Shown here: positions 55,768 to 64,000 of the stretch, one piece after another | Position numbering within the stretch: the first letter of the stretch is position 1 | Layout: every line of letters starts with the position of its first letter | Source: Alphaproteobacteria bacterium MarineAlpha5_Bin5 | Lineage (GTDB): Bacteria; Pseudomonadota; Alphaproteobacteria; HIMB59; GCA-002718135 | Length of the DNA: 64,000 bases | Assembly (NCBI GenBank): GCA_002938205.1 | Contig: PTKZ01000006.1 | Span: 4,805 to 68,804, forward strand | Reading direction: 5' to 3' | The notes under the pieces: generated by a model | Databases searched by the model: none | Told to the model about the DNA's origin: nothing | The model's input: only the letters and a program-made list of their open reading frames with translations | Translations under genes and position numbers: made by a program

Positions 55768-56658
55768 ATGAGTAAACATATTTTCTGGCTTTCATCTTAC
55801 CCAAAAAGTGGAAATACACTTTTAAGAGCAATATTAGTTTCATTATTTTTTAATGATGAAGGCAAGTTTAGTTTTGATTTGTTAAAAAATATTTCCCAGC
55901 TTGAGCAAATAGAGCGATTAAGTTTAATAAAAAAAAACTATAAACATGATTTTGATAAAATTAATAATTTAGAAATATTATCAAAATATTTGTTAAAATT
56001 ACAAACTAAAAAAAATCTTGGATTTAGTGAAGATTTTGCTTTTTTTAAAACACATTTTGCTAACTCTATAATAAATAACAAACCATTTACTAAAGAAGAG
56101 AATATCAGAGGAATTGTTTATTTGTTAAGAGATCCAAGAGATGTTTGTGTTTCTTGGGCGAGACATTCAAATTTATCAATTGAAGATAGTGTTAATTTTC
56201 TAACGAATGAAAATGCTTGTGTGTCATGGGGAGGTAATACAAATTTATTCAAGCCTATAGTTCCAAAAGTTTTATTATCAAGTTGGGATAATCATATAAA
56301 TTCATGGACACTTAAACAATGGAATGTTCCTATATTAATAATAAAATATGAAGATTTAATTCATGATAAAAAAGAAACTTTAAATAAACTTGTATTTTTT
56401 TTTCACAAATACTACAAAATTAAAATTCAAAATATTAATGAAAAAATAAAAAATATAATGAAAACAACCACGTTTAATTCAATGAAAAAAGCAGAACAAA
56501 ATTCAGGGTTTGGGGAGGCAGTTAATGGTCCTTTTTTTGCAGTAGGTAGAAATAATCAATGGAAAGAAAAATTAACAAAAAATCAGATTATTTTTTTAGA
56601 AAATAAATTTAAGACTATTATGAAAAAATATAATTATAAATTAACCGTTGATATTTAG
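55768..56658 (+). CDS. PAPS-type sulfotransferase domain protein (paralogue 2)
   Basis: YPKSGNTL (5'-PSB) and YLLRDPRDVCVS (3'-PB) are present. The protein is collinear with paralogue 1. Confidence 0.75.
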   Translation: MSKHIFWLSSYPKSGNTLLRAILVSLFFNDEGKFSFDLLKNISQLEQIERLSLIKKNYKHDFDKINNLEILSKYLLKLQTKKNLGFSEDFAFFKTHFANSIINNKPFTKEENIRGIVYLLRDPRDVCVSWARHSNLSIEDSVNFLTNENACVSWGGNTNLFKPIVPKVLLSSWDNHINSWTLKQWNVPILIIKYEDLIHDKKETLNKLVFFFHKYYKIKIQNINEKIKNIMKTTTFNSMKKAEQNSGFGEAVNGPFFAVGRNNQWKEKLTKNQIIFLENKFKTIMKKYNYKLTVDI

Positions 56659-56686
56659 TTAATTTGCAAGTAAATTTTTTATTACA

Positions 56687-58609
56687 ATGGAAATTGATAA
56701 AGAATGGATAAATCAAGCAAAGGTTAATTCAGATAAATATGATCAAATGTATACTAAATCAATTGATCAAAATGAAGAATTTTGGGCAAAAGAAGGTAGA
56801 AGAGTTAATTGGATAAAAGATTATACAAAAATTAAAGAAGTTAAATATTCAAAAAGTAATGTTAATATAAAGTGGTTTTATGACGGTACTTTAAATGTTG
56901 CTTATAACTGTATTGACAGACATGCAAAAGTTAACCCGGAGCGCATTGCAATTATTTGGGAAGGAGATGATCCTAATAACGTAAAAAAAATCACATACAA
57001 AGAATTATTAGACAATGTTTCAAAAACTGCAAATGTCTTAAAAAAAATTGGTGTTAAAAAAGGTGATAGAGTAACGATATACTTAACTATGATACCTGAG
57101 CTTGCATATGTAATGTTGGCGTGTGCAAGAATTGGTGCTGTTCATTCTATTATTTTTGGAGGTTTTTCAGCTGATTCAATTTCAGGCAGAATATTAGATT
57201 GTAAATCAGAATTTCTAATTACAGCTGATGAAGGAGTTCGTGGAGGTAAAACAATACCACTAAAAAATATTGCAGATAAAGCGCTTGAAAAATGCCAAAA
57301 TGTAAAAAAATGCTTAATAGTAAAACGAACTGGGTGTGATGTTGCTATAAAAAAAGATAGGGATGTTTTTTTAGATGATGTGATTAACCAAGTTGATGAT
57401 GTTTGTGAGCCTATTGAAATGTCGGCAGAAGATCCGCTTTTTATACTTTACACATCAGGCTCTACAGGCAAGCCAAAAGGGGTTCTTCATACTTCAGGTG
57501 GCTATCTTGTCTATGCTTCTATGACACATGAATATATTTTTAATTATAACAAAGAAGATATATATTGGTGTACCGCAGATATTGGTTGGATAACAGGACA
57601 CAGTTACATAATTTATGGACCGCTATGTAATGGCGCTACTACATTGATGTTTGAAGGTGTTCCAAACTATCCTGATTTTTCAAGATTTTGGCAAATCATA
57701 GATAAGCACAAAGTAAATATTTTTTATACAGCTCCGACTGCAATCAGGGCTTTAATGCGTGAAGGTAACGATCATGTAAAAACAACAAATAGATCTTCTC
57801 TGAAGTTAATGGGAACAGTTGGTGAACCTATTAATCCTGAAGCATGGAAATGGTATTTTGAGATTCCAGGTAATTCTAGATGCCCTATTGTTGATACGTG
57901 GTGGCAAACTGAAACAGGTGGTATTTTAATTTCTCCTCAAACCGGGGCGATTAAACTAAAACCTGGTTCAGCTACTAAACCATTTTATGGAATTGAACCA
58001 TGTATAGTGGATAAAAAAGGAAAAGAACTTATGGGAGAGTGTGAGGGTATGCTCTGTATGAAAAGATCTTGGCCTGGCCAAATGAGAACTGTCTATGGAG
58101 ATCATAAAAGATTTATTGAAACTTATTTTTCACAATTTGATGGTAAATATTTTACTGGAGATGGTTGCCGTAGAGATGCTGATGGTTATTACTGGATAAC
58201 AGGTCGTGTTGATGATGTTATAATTGTCTCAGGTCATAATTTAGGAACGGCAGAAATTGAAAGTGCCTTTGTTGAACATTCGAAAGTATCTGAAGCTGCA
58301 GTTGTTGGATATCCTCATGATATTAAGGGAAATGGATTGTATTGCTATGTATCATTAAATACAGGTGAAGAAGCTTCAGATGAATTAAATAGGGAATTAA
58401 AACAATTAGTACGTGAAAAAATCGGACCCATTGCTACGCCTGATATAATTCATTTTACTTCAGGATTGCCAAAAACGAGATCTGGAAAAATAATGAGACG
58501 TATATTAAGAAAAATTGCAGCTAATGAACATGATCAGCTTGGTGATACATCTACTTTAGCTGATCCTGGAGTTGTTAATAATCTAGTAGAAAATAGAATG
58601 AATAAATAG
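56687..58609 (+). CDS. acs: acetyl-CoA synthetase
   Basis: [19 protein letters not shown] and TRSGKIMRR are present, and the length is 640 aa. Confidence 0.95.
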   Translation: MEIDKEWINQAKVNSDKYDQMYTKSIDQNEEFWAKEGRRVNWIKDYTKIKEVKYSKSNVNIKWFYDGTLNVAYNCIDRHAKVNPERIAIIWEGDDPNNVKKITYKELLDNVSKTANVLKKIGVKKGDRVTIYLTMIPELAYVMLACARIGAVHSIIFGGFSADSISGRILDCKSEFLITADEGVRGGKTIPLKNIADKALEKCQNVKKCLIVKRTGCDVAIKKDRDVFLDDVINQVDDVCEPIEMSAEDPLFILYTSGSTGKPKGVLHTSGGYLVYASMTHEYIFNYNKEDIYWCTADIGWITGHSYIIYGPLCNGATTLMFEGVPNYPDFSRFWQIIDKHKVNIFYTAPTAIRALMREGNDHVKTTNRSSLKLMGTVGEPINPEAWKWYFEIPGNSRCPIVDTWWQTETGGILISPQTGAIKLKPGSATKPFYGIEPCIVDKKGKELMGECEGMLCMKRSWPGQMRTVYGDHKRFIETYFSQFDGKYFTGDGCRRDADGYYWITGRVDDVIIVSGHNLGTAEIESAFVEHSKVSEAAVVGYPHDIKGNGLYCYVSLNTGEEASDELNRELKQLVREKIGPIATPDIIHFTSGLPKTRSGKIMRRILRKIAANEHDQLGDTSTLADPGVVNNLVENRMNK

Positions 58610-59161
58610 TTATCTTGGCTCCCAATGCTTTAAACATCTAGGTTCATATATATTGGCAGCACCTACTTTAGTTCTCTCTCCGCCTTCAGTTTTTCGAAAT
58701 GTCTTTGTTGCTTCCATTCCACAAACATTACAAAATCCATAAATTTTTAATATTTTATCAGATAATCCTAATACCATGGAAGATGTTTCCCAAGGCTTGC
58801 CTCTAGAATCTTGATCTAAGCCCGCACAGACAACATCTATACCTGCATCTAAAATTTTTTCTATATTTTTTATTGTATCTGACATTTCCATAAATTGTAT
58901 TTCATCCAAAAAAACAACATTATAGTTGTTCTTGTTAAATTCAAAATTATCTTTTACATGTTGCCAGTTTTTCATTGCAAAACAATCATGACTTAAATCA
59001 TTGTGAGTAATAATTTTACTCTGAGCATAACGATTATCAATAATAGGTTTTATTACTAATATTTTTTTATTTTGATGTTTTGCCCATAATATTCTTTTTA
59101 AAAGTTCACTAGTTTTACCCGCAAACATTGCTCCAACTATTGTTTCTAGAGTACCTCTCAT
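58610..59161 (-). CDS. tdk: thymidine kinase
   Basis: GAMFAGKTSEL (P-loop), FLDEIQF and the C-terminal zinc Cys cluster (CNVCG...CLKH). Confidence 0.9.
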   Translation of the reverse strand: MRGTLETIVGAMFAGKTSELLKRILWAKHQNKKILVIKPIIDNRYAQSKIITHNDLSHDCFAMKNWQHVKDNFEFNKNNYNVVFLDEIQFMEMSDTIKNIEKILDAGIDVVCAGLDQDSRGKPWETSSMVLGLSDKILKIYGFCNVCGMEATKTFRKTEGGERTKVGAANIYEPRCLKHWEPR

Positions 59162-59163
59162 AT

Positions 59164-60309
59164 TTAAAATACTTCGCTTTTTATTAAATTTTTAATATTC
59201 TTAATATTTATTGTTTTTACACAACCAACAGGATTTAACAAATAAAATAAATTATTTTTTTTAACTTCTCTTCTTTGAAGGCTATGAAAATTTTTTAAAC
59301 TTAAAATTTCTTTTTGATTAATACTAATTGATGAATAACATCCAACTTTATTATTAAATGAAAAAATGTCTACAAGACCACAGGCTGCATTACAAAAATT
59401 AGAACTAAATGTATTTTTAACTAATTTAATTTTTTTATAATTATTTAATAAAATTTTTCCTGATACACTAGTTTCAAGCAAAATACCTTTTTTACCTAGC
59501 AATTTAGCAACATGAAGTGGGCCGGAATCAACAAAAATACCAAAATCTATTTCTTCTATAGATTTGATTAAAGTATTTAAATTTTTTGGATTTTTTTTAA
59601 TATAATTTTTATAAATCAAACTTTTTTCAACAATTTTTGAAATATCAGAATTATCATCTAAAAATATTTCAATTTTAATCTTATTTTTTAAAAATAATAA
59701 TAATTCATTTATTACATTAATGGGCATAGTTCTAAGTGATGAAGTTGAAATAGGAAATATAGAAATTTTTTTTATTTTTTTATTTTTTATATATTTGTTT
59801 TCATAAAATTTTGTTTGTGGTACATTAAAAAAATTACAAACTTGTAAGACAATGTCTGATCTTAAATACTTTTGTGTTCTAAGAGATTCAACTTCAAGAG
59901 TAAAATGAAATATATTATCAAAACTATTTAAATCATTTTCTGAAATTAAAATCGGATAAAGAAATTTAATATTAAATTTTTTTTTGAATATAAATGAGTA
60001 TTTGTCAGCAAAAGCAACCCCGATTTTTTTAAATTTATTACTTTCGGAAATTGATTTAATTGCAAGGCCATACTCAATAGCATCTCCCAAACCTATTCTT
60101 GGAGGTAAACAAAACAATATATTTTTTTTTAAATTTCCAATTTTTTTTCTTTCTTCGTATTGTAAGTGATTAATTATTTTTTCCAATTTTTTTGAAGAAA
60201 GCTTTTTCCATAGAGTTGTGTTTTTGCTGAAATATGTCTTGTTATTTTCTATTTTTTGAGATTTAAATTGATTTGAGCTATCTTTTAATGAAAAACTGAA
60301 AAAAGGCAT
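59164..60309 (-). CDS. glycosyltransferase family 9 (heptosyltransferase-like) protein
   Basis: PPRIGLGDAI is the N-terminal GT9 motif, and VDSGPLHVAKLLGKKGILL is the C-terminal one. Confidence 0.6.
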   Translation of the reverse strand: MPFFSFSLKDSSNQFKSQKIENNKTYFSKNTTLWKKLSSKKLEKIINHLQYEERKKIGNLKKNILFCLPPRIGLGDAIEYGLAIKSISESNKFKKIGVAFADKYSFIFKKKFNIKFLYPILISENDLNSFDNIFHFTLEVESLRTQKYLRSDIVLQVCNFFNVPQTKFYENKYIKNKKIKKISIFPISTSSLRTMPINVINELLLFLKNKIKIEIFLDDNSDISKIVEKSLIYKNYIKKNPKNLNTLIKSIEEIDFGIFVDSGPLHVAKLLGKKGILLETSVSGKILLNNYKKIKLVKNTFSSNFCNAACGLVDIFSFNNKVGCYSSISINQKEILSLKNFHSLQRREVKKNNLFYLLNPVGCVKTINIKNIKNLIKSEVF

Positions 60310-60331
60310 TTGTAATTAATAATATAAAATA

Positions 60332-61603
60332 ATGAAAAAAAGCGTACAAATAAGATTAATAATTTTAGAAATTTTAATAGAAATTTATAAGAAGGGGATA
60401 AATTTTGAAAATAGTTACGAAAATTTAACTAAAAATAAAAATATTTCTAATAGTGATAGAGCTCTAATAAATAACGTATGCTTAAATAGTATGCGGCTAC
60501 AATTTCATATCAACAAAATATTGAGTAGTTTTTTAAAAAAAGAATCGAAACTTAATCAGCGCATATTGCTTTTAAGTGCAGTTACCCAGCTGATTTATTT
60601 AAATTTTAAAGAATATGCTGTAATTTATGATTCTGTAGAAGTTGCTAAAAAAACAAATATTTTCCCAGGATTAATTAATGCAGTATTAAAAAAAATTGCA
60701 TCTAATAAAAAAAAATTAATTAATACTTCAATAAAATTAAATGATTTGCCTAGGTGGTTTGTCAAAAATTCAACCAATCTAGATAAAAATGATATTAATA
60801 TTTTTTTACATACCTTTTACAAGGAACCAAATTTACATTTGGTTTTTAAAAACGAATCTTTTTTGAACATTTTTTCTGATAAACATGTAACAACTACAGA
60901 AAAATCTACATTTGTTACTAAAACTAAAAAAATTAATGAATTACCTAATTATAAAAAGGGAGAATGGTGGGTTCAAGACTTATCATCAATGTTACCTCTT
61001 TATTTAAGTCCAGAAATTTCAGGTAAAACAATTTTAGATTTATGTTCTGCCCCTGGAGGAAAGTCATTTCAAGCAATTTCAATAGGTGGCATTGTTCATG
61101 CCAATGATATTAATAAAAAAAATATTGATATTCTGAAATCTAATTTAAAAAGATTACGGTATAAAATTAAAATTAGTAATGAAAATGCTTTAGATATCAA
61201 TGTATCAAAAAAGTATGAAGTTATTTTAATTGATGCCCCATGTACTGCTGTTGGCACTATTAGAAGGAATCCAGAAATATTTTTCAAAAAAACACTACCT
61301 AAAATTAATCTTTTAACAACATTACAAAGAGGTTTACTTAAAAAAGCATCTTCATTATTAAAAAGCAATGGTATTATAATATATATGGTTTGTTCCTTTT
61401 TATATGAGGAAACAGAAGCGCATATAGATTATTTTCTTAAACAAAATAAAGAATTTTCTTTGTGTAAGTTTCAAAAATTAAAAAATCAAAAAAAAATACA
61501 GTCCTTAATTAATAATAAAGGATATATTCTTCATGCTCCTAAAACATATAAAGATCTTCTAATCGATGGTTTTTTTGCAGTAAAATTTAAAAAAAATGTT
61601 TAA
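60332..61603 (+). CDS. rsmB: 16S rRNA (cytosine-C5)-methyltransferase RsmB/Sun
   Basis: A NusB-like N-terminal domain is followed by DLCSAPGGKS and DAPCTAVGTIRRNPE. Confidence 0.85.
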   Translation: MKKSVQIRLIILEILIEIYKKGINFENSYENLTKNKNISNSDRALINNVCLNSMRLQFHINKILSSFLKKESKLNQRILLLSAVTQLIYLNFKEYAVIYDSVEVAKKTNIFPGLINAVLKKIASNKKKLINTSIKLNDLPRWFVKNSTNLDKNDINIFLHTFYKEPNLHLVFKNESFLNIFSDKHVTTTEKSTFVTKTKKINELPNYKKGEWWVQDLSSMLPLYLSPEISGKTILDLCSAPGGKSFQAISIGGIVHANDINKKNIDILKSNLKRLRYKIKISNENALDINVSKKYEVILIDAPCTAVGTIRRNPEIFFKKTLPKINLLTTLQRGLLKKASSLLKSNGIIIYMVCSFLYEETEAHIDYFLKQNKEFSLCKFQKLKNQKKIQSLINNKGYILHAPKTYKDLLIDGFFAVKFKKNV

Positions 61604-63143
61604 AAAATTATTAAAGAAAGTACAAAAATTAATTTTATTATTTTTTGTTATTATTAAATTTGATGGAAGAAAAAAAATAGAATTAAAAAATATAAATTTT
61701 AAACATATAGATTTTGTTAACTATAAACAAATAAAGCAGTATCTTTTTAAGGAAAATTTTTTTAATAATAAGTCCTATGTAGATTCCCATTCGTTTAATT
61801 TTTTGTTTTATTTACAAAAAATAGGTGGAAAATCAGGTATAGAAATTTCAAAAAACAAGATTTTTAATTGGTTTAGTCATTTTAAAAATAAATTAGAATT
61901 TCCCTGGGAAGGCAAATTGACCGCTCAGAGAATTTTAAGTATTTATTATAATTATGAATATATTAGCTCTGCACTATCTAACAAAGAAATATTGCTTTTA
62001 AATAAAATTATTTTTTTTCATATAAGACGATTATTTTCTGACTTTAATAGAAAATCACTAAATGAGATAAGCTCTTATGAAATAGTTGCTTTTACATTGT
62101 CAAAACTATTACTTGATCAATTTAATAAAGATATTTTATTTAAAATTGAAAAAATTATTGAAGCTCAGGTTGATTCCATTGGTATGCATAAAACTTATAA
62201 TGCTTTAGAACAGGCAAAGTTTATTAACAGCCTTAATGAAATAAAAAATATTTTGCTTTTTTTTAATATCAATGTTCCAGATAAAATTTCTTTTTCTATT
62301 TTAAACATGACCTCAATTTTAAACCAGTATGATCATGAAGATGGCACTATTGCACTATTTAATGGAGCCAATAACAATTATCAAATTCAGATACAGAATT
62401 TAATTAAAAAAGAAGGATTTTTAAAATCAAGAAAATTTATAGCTGATAATGGTATTGCTTTTTATATAGATAAAAAAAGAAGACTTTTTTTTGATGTTGT
62501 CCAACCAAATAATTTGAAATTAAGTAATAATCTTGGAGCGGGAACATTATCAATTGAAGTAAGTGCAAAAGGGGAAAAAATTATAACTAACTGTGGAGCT
62601 TCTGAAAGTTTTGGAAAAAATCCTGAATATCTCCGTTATAGTGCAGCACATTCTACAATTATATTAAAAAATACAAACATTAGTGAAATAAAGGCAAAAA
62701 ATCCTCATATTAAGTTTCCACAGGAAGTATTGTTTGAAAGTAATGAATTTGAAAAAACTACTGACTTTGAGGGTTCACATAATGGATATTTAAGAAAATT
62801 TAATAAAATAATTAAAAGGAAAATTACTTTTAATAAAAACGAAGATAAAATATTTGGGGAAGATTCTATCATTTCACCAAAGCTAAATAAAAACAAAACT
62901 ATATATCATATAAGGTTTCATCTTATGCCAGAAATTACAACCAATCTAACAAAGAATAAAAAAAACATTATATTAAAAACTAAAAAAAATAAGATTTGGT
63001 TATTCAAATCTAGTTCGTTACTAGAATTAGAAAAAAGTATATATATTGATAATAATACTACAAAAGAAACGCAACAAATAGTAATTAGGGGATCAACTGA
63101 CTTAACAAAAAAGATAGAAAAATGGTCATTAGAAGCAATGTAA
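61596..63143 (+). CDS. heparinase II/III-like family protein
   Basis: YSAAHSTIIL and EGSHNGYLRKFNKIIKRKITF...GEDSI fit the family's C-terminal pattern, and the rsmB-(this gene)-purH order is common in Alphaproteobacteria. Confidence 0.55.
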   Translation: MFKKLLKKVQKLILLFFVIIKFDGRKKIELKNINFKHIDFVNYKQIKQYLFKENFFNNKSYVDSHSFNFLFYLQKIGGKSGIEISKNKIFNWFSHFKNKLEFPWEGKLTAQRILSIYYNYEYISSALSNKEILLLNKIIFFHIRRLFSDFNRKSLNEISSYEIVAFTLSKLLLDQFNKDILFKIEKIIEAQVDSIGMHKTYNALEQAKFINSLNEIKNILLFFNINVPDKISFSILNMTSILNQYDHEDGTIALFNGANNNYQIQIQNLIKKEGFLKSRKFIADNGIAFYIDKKRRLFFDVVQPNNLKLSNNLGAGTLSIEVSAKGEKIITNCGASESFGKNPEYLRYSAAHSTIILKNTNISEIKAKNPHIKFPQEVLFESNEFEKTTDFEGSHNGYLRKFNKIIKRKITFNKNEDKIFGEDSIISPKLNKNKTIYHIRFHLMPEITTNLTKNKKNIILKTKKNKIWLFKSSSLLELEKSIYIDNNTTKETQQIVIRGSTDLTKKIEKWSLEAM

Positions 63144-64000
63144 AAAAATATGCTTTAATTTCAGTTTTTGATAAATCGAAATTGAAGTTTCTTTGTGAAA
63201 ATTTAAATAAACAGAATATTGGATTTATCTCAACTGGATCAACTTTTAAAAAAATTAGGAGTTTAGGTTTTGATTGTAAGGAGGTTTCAAAACTCATTAA
63301 TTTTAAAGAAATTTTAGAAGGACGAGTAAAAACATTACACCCAAAAATTCACGCATCACTTCTTTTTAAAAGAAATGTAAAATCTCACATTTCTTCTTTT
63401 AAAAAATTAAAATTTCCACAAATTAATTATGTTATAGTCAATTTATATCCATTTAAAAATACATTAAAAAAAACTTCAAATTATAATAAAATTATCGAAA
63501 TGATAGACGTCGGAGGTACAGCAATGTTAAGATCTGCTGCAAAAAATTTTGTTTCAGTTACAGCAGTCTATAGCCCTAAAGATTATAATCAATTAATTAA
63601 TAATTTAAATAAAAATGGGGGAAATACTTCACTTAAATTTAGAAAAAAAATGGCTGCTAAAATATATGAACATACATCTAAGTATGACAATCTAATTGCA
63701 AATTGGTTAAGTAAAAAAAATACAAAAAATAAAGAGAGGAAAATTAATTTAAAATATGGGGAAAATCCAAATCAAAGTTCATATTTTATAGCAAAAAATA
63801 ATAACACGATTTTTGATTGCAAAATAAGTGGTAAAAAACTGGGTTATAATAATATATTAGATGTAAATGAAGGATTGTGTTGTTTAGGTGAATTTAAAGA
63901 ACCTACGTGTATTATAATAAAACATAACAATCCATGTGGTGTTGCCTCAAGTACTGATATTAAAAAATCTTTTATAAATGCATATAACTCTGATACCATG
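63122..64000 (+). CDS. purH: bifunctional AICAR transformylase/IMP cyclohydrolase, N-terminal 293 codons (runs off window)
   Basis: My own translation from the ATG at 63122 gives MVIRSNVKKYALISVFDKSKL...STGSTFKKIRSLGF...EGRVKTLHPKIHASLL...DVGGTAMLRSAAKN. There is no stop in the window, so it is missing from the ORF track. Confidence 0.9.
   Translation, partial: MVIRSNVKKYALISVFDKSKLKFLCENLNKQNIGFISTGSTFKKIRSLGFDCKEVSKLINFKEILEGRVKTLHPKIHASLLFKRNVKSHISSFKKLKFPQINYVIVNLYPFKNTLKKTSNYNKIIEMIDVGGTAMLRSAAKNFVSVTAVYSPKDYNQLINNLNKNGGNTSLKFRKKMAAKIYEHTSKYDNLIANWLSKKNTKNKERKINLKYGENPNQSSYFIAKNNNTIFDCKISGKKLGYNNILDVNEGLCCLGEFKEPTCIIIKHNNPCGVASSTDIKKSFINAYNSDTM

Noticed and set aside
882-62896. Many 60-115-aa ORFs in the track lie antisense or out of frame inside well-supported genes. 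They are 882-1079, 2699-3043, 4869-5090, 6882-7175, 10425-10757, 19551-19760, 20191-20394, 22927-23178, 23972-24271, 26254-26568, 27277-27474 and 29906-30091. Also 30299-30508, 30809-31015, 32578-32796, 32653-32940, 33040-33324, 34417-34614, 37171-37371, 37280-37486, 42244-42456, 45408-45635 and 46137-46343. Also 49349-49552, 50402-50587, 52811-53050, 55314-55496, 59984-60169, 61096-61368, 62705-62896 and 63085-63297.
   Set aside because: They have low-complexity Phe/Leu/Ile/Ser-rich translations typical of shadow ORFs in AT-rich DNA. Each is fully nested in a gene with strong family motifs, and none has an RBS.

Overview
This is a visibly AT-rich, very gene-dense alphaproteobacterial chromosome segment. 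Start/stop overlaps of the ATGA and TAATG type are frequent, and most spacers are under 100 bp. Gene content and synteny, plus the streamlined style, suggest a Pelagibacterales (SAR11-like) genome: leuC-rplS-trmD-rimM-rpsP-ffh, dapF-mtaB-ftsY, gcrA, carD-fdxA, a contiguous ccmABCDEFGH, hemY-like/tsaD, and rsmB-heparinaseII/III-like-purH. That taxonomic call is inference from reading the sequence, not a search result. Most of the window is housekeeping core, with four non-core patches. (i) 11.4-19.0 kb holds mixed-orientation 1-2-gene cassettes punctuated by two identical intact tRNA-Arg(CCU) genes and three partial copies of the same tRNA, plus flank repeats. No recombinase is visible anywhere in the window. 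This is the most unusual structure here. (ii) 38.2-39.1 kb is a lone accessory gene wedged between folD and argG. (iii) 46.6-50.9 kb holds two tandem 596-aa TPR + GT9-like glycosyltransferase paralogues and a GT8-like gene. (iv) 54.2-56.7 kb holds an EVE-domain gene and two PAPS-type sulfotransferase paralogues separated by a decayed copy of the EVE gene 3' end. Other oddities are a 67-aa protein made only of Lys/Arg/Ala/Pro with its own SD, leader hairpins and terminators. There is also a lambda-phosphatase-like protein with every metal-ligand motif substituted, a HemX/Mic60-like coiled-coil membrane protein next to hemY, and perfect 48-bp coding repeats in rpsP. No rRNA, CRISPR array, transposase, integrase or prophage genes were seen. 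All coordinates and motif calls were made by eye from the sequence and ORF track. No searches were run.
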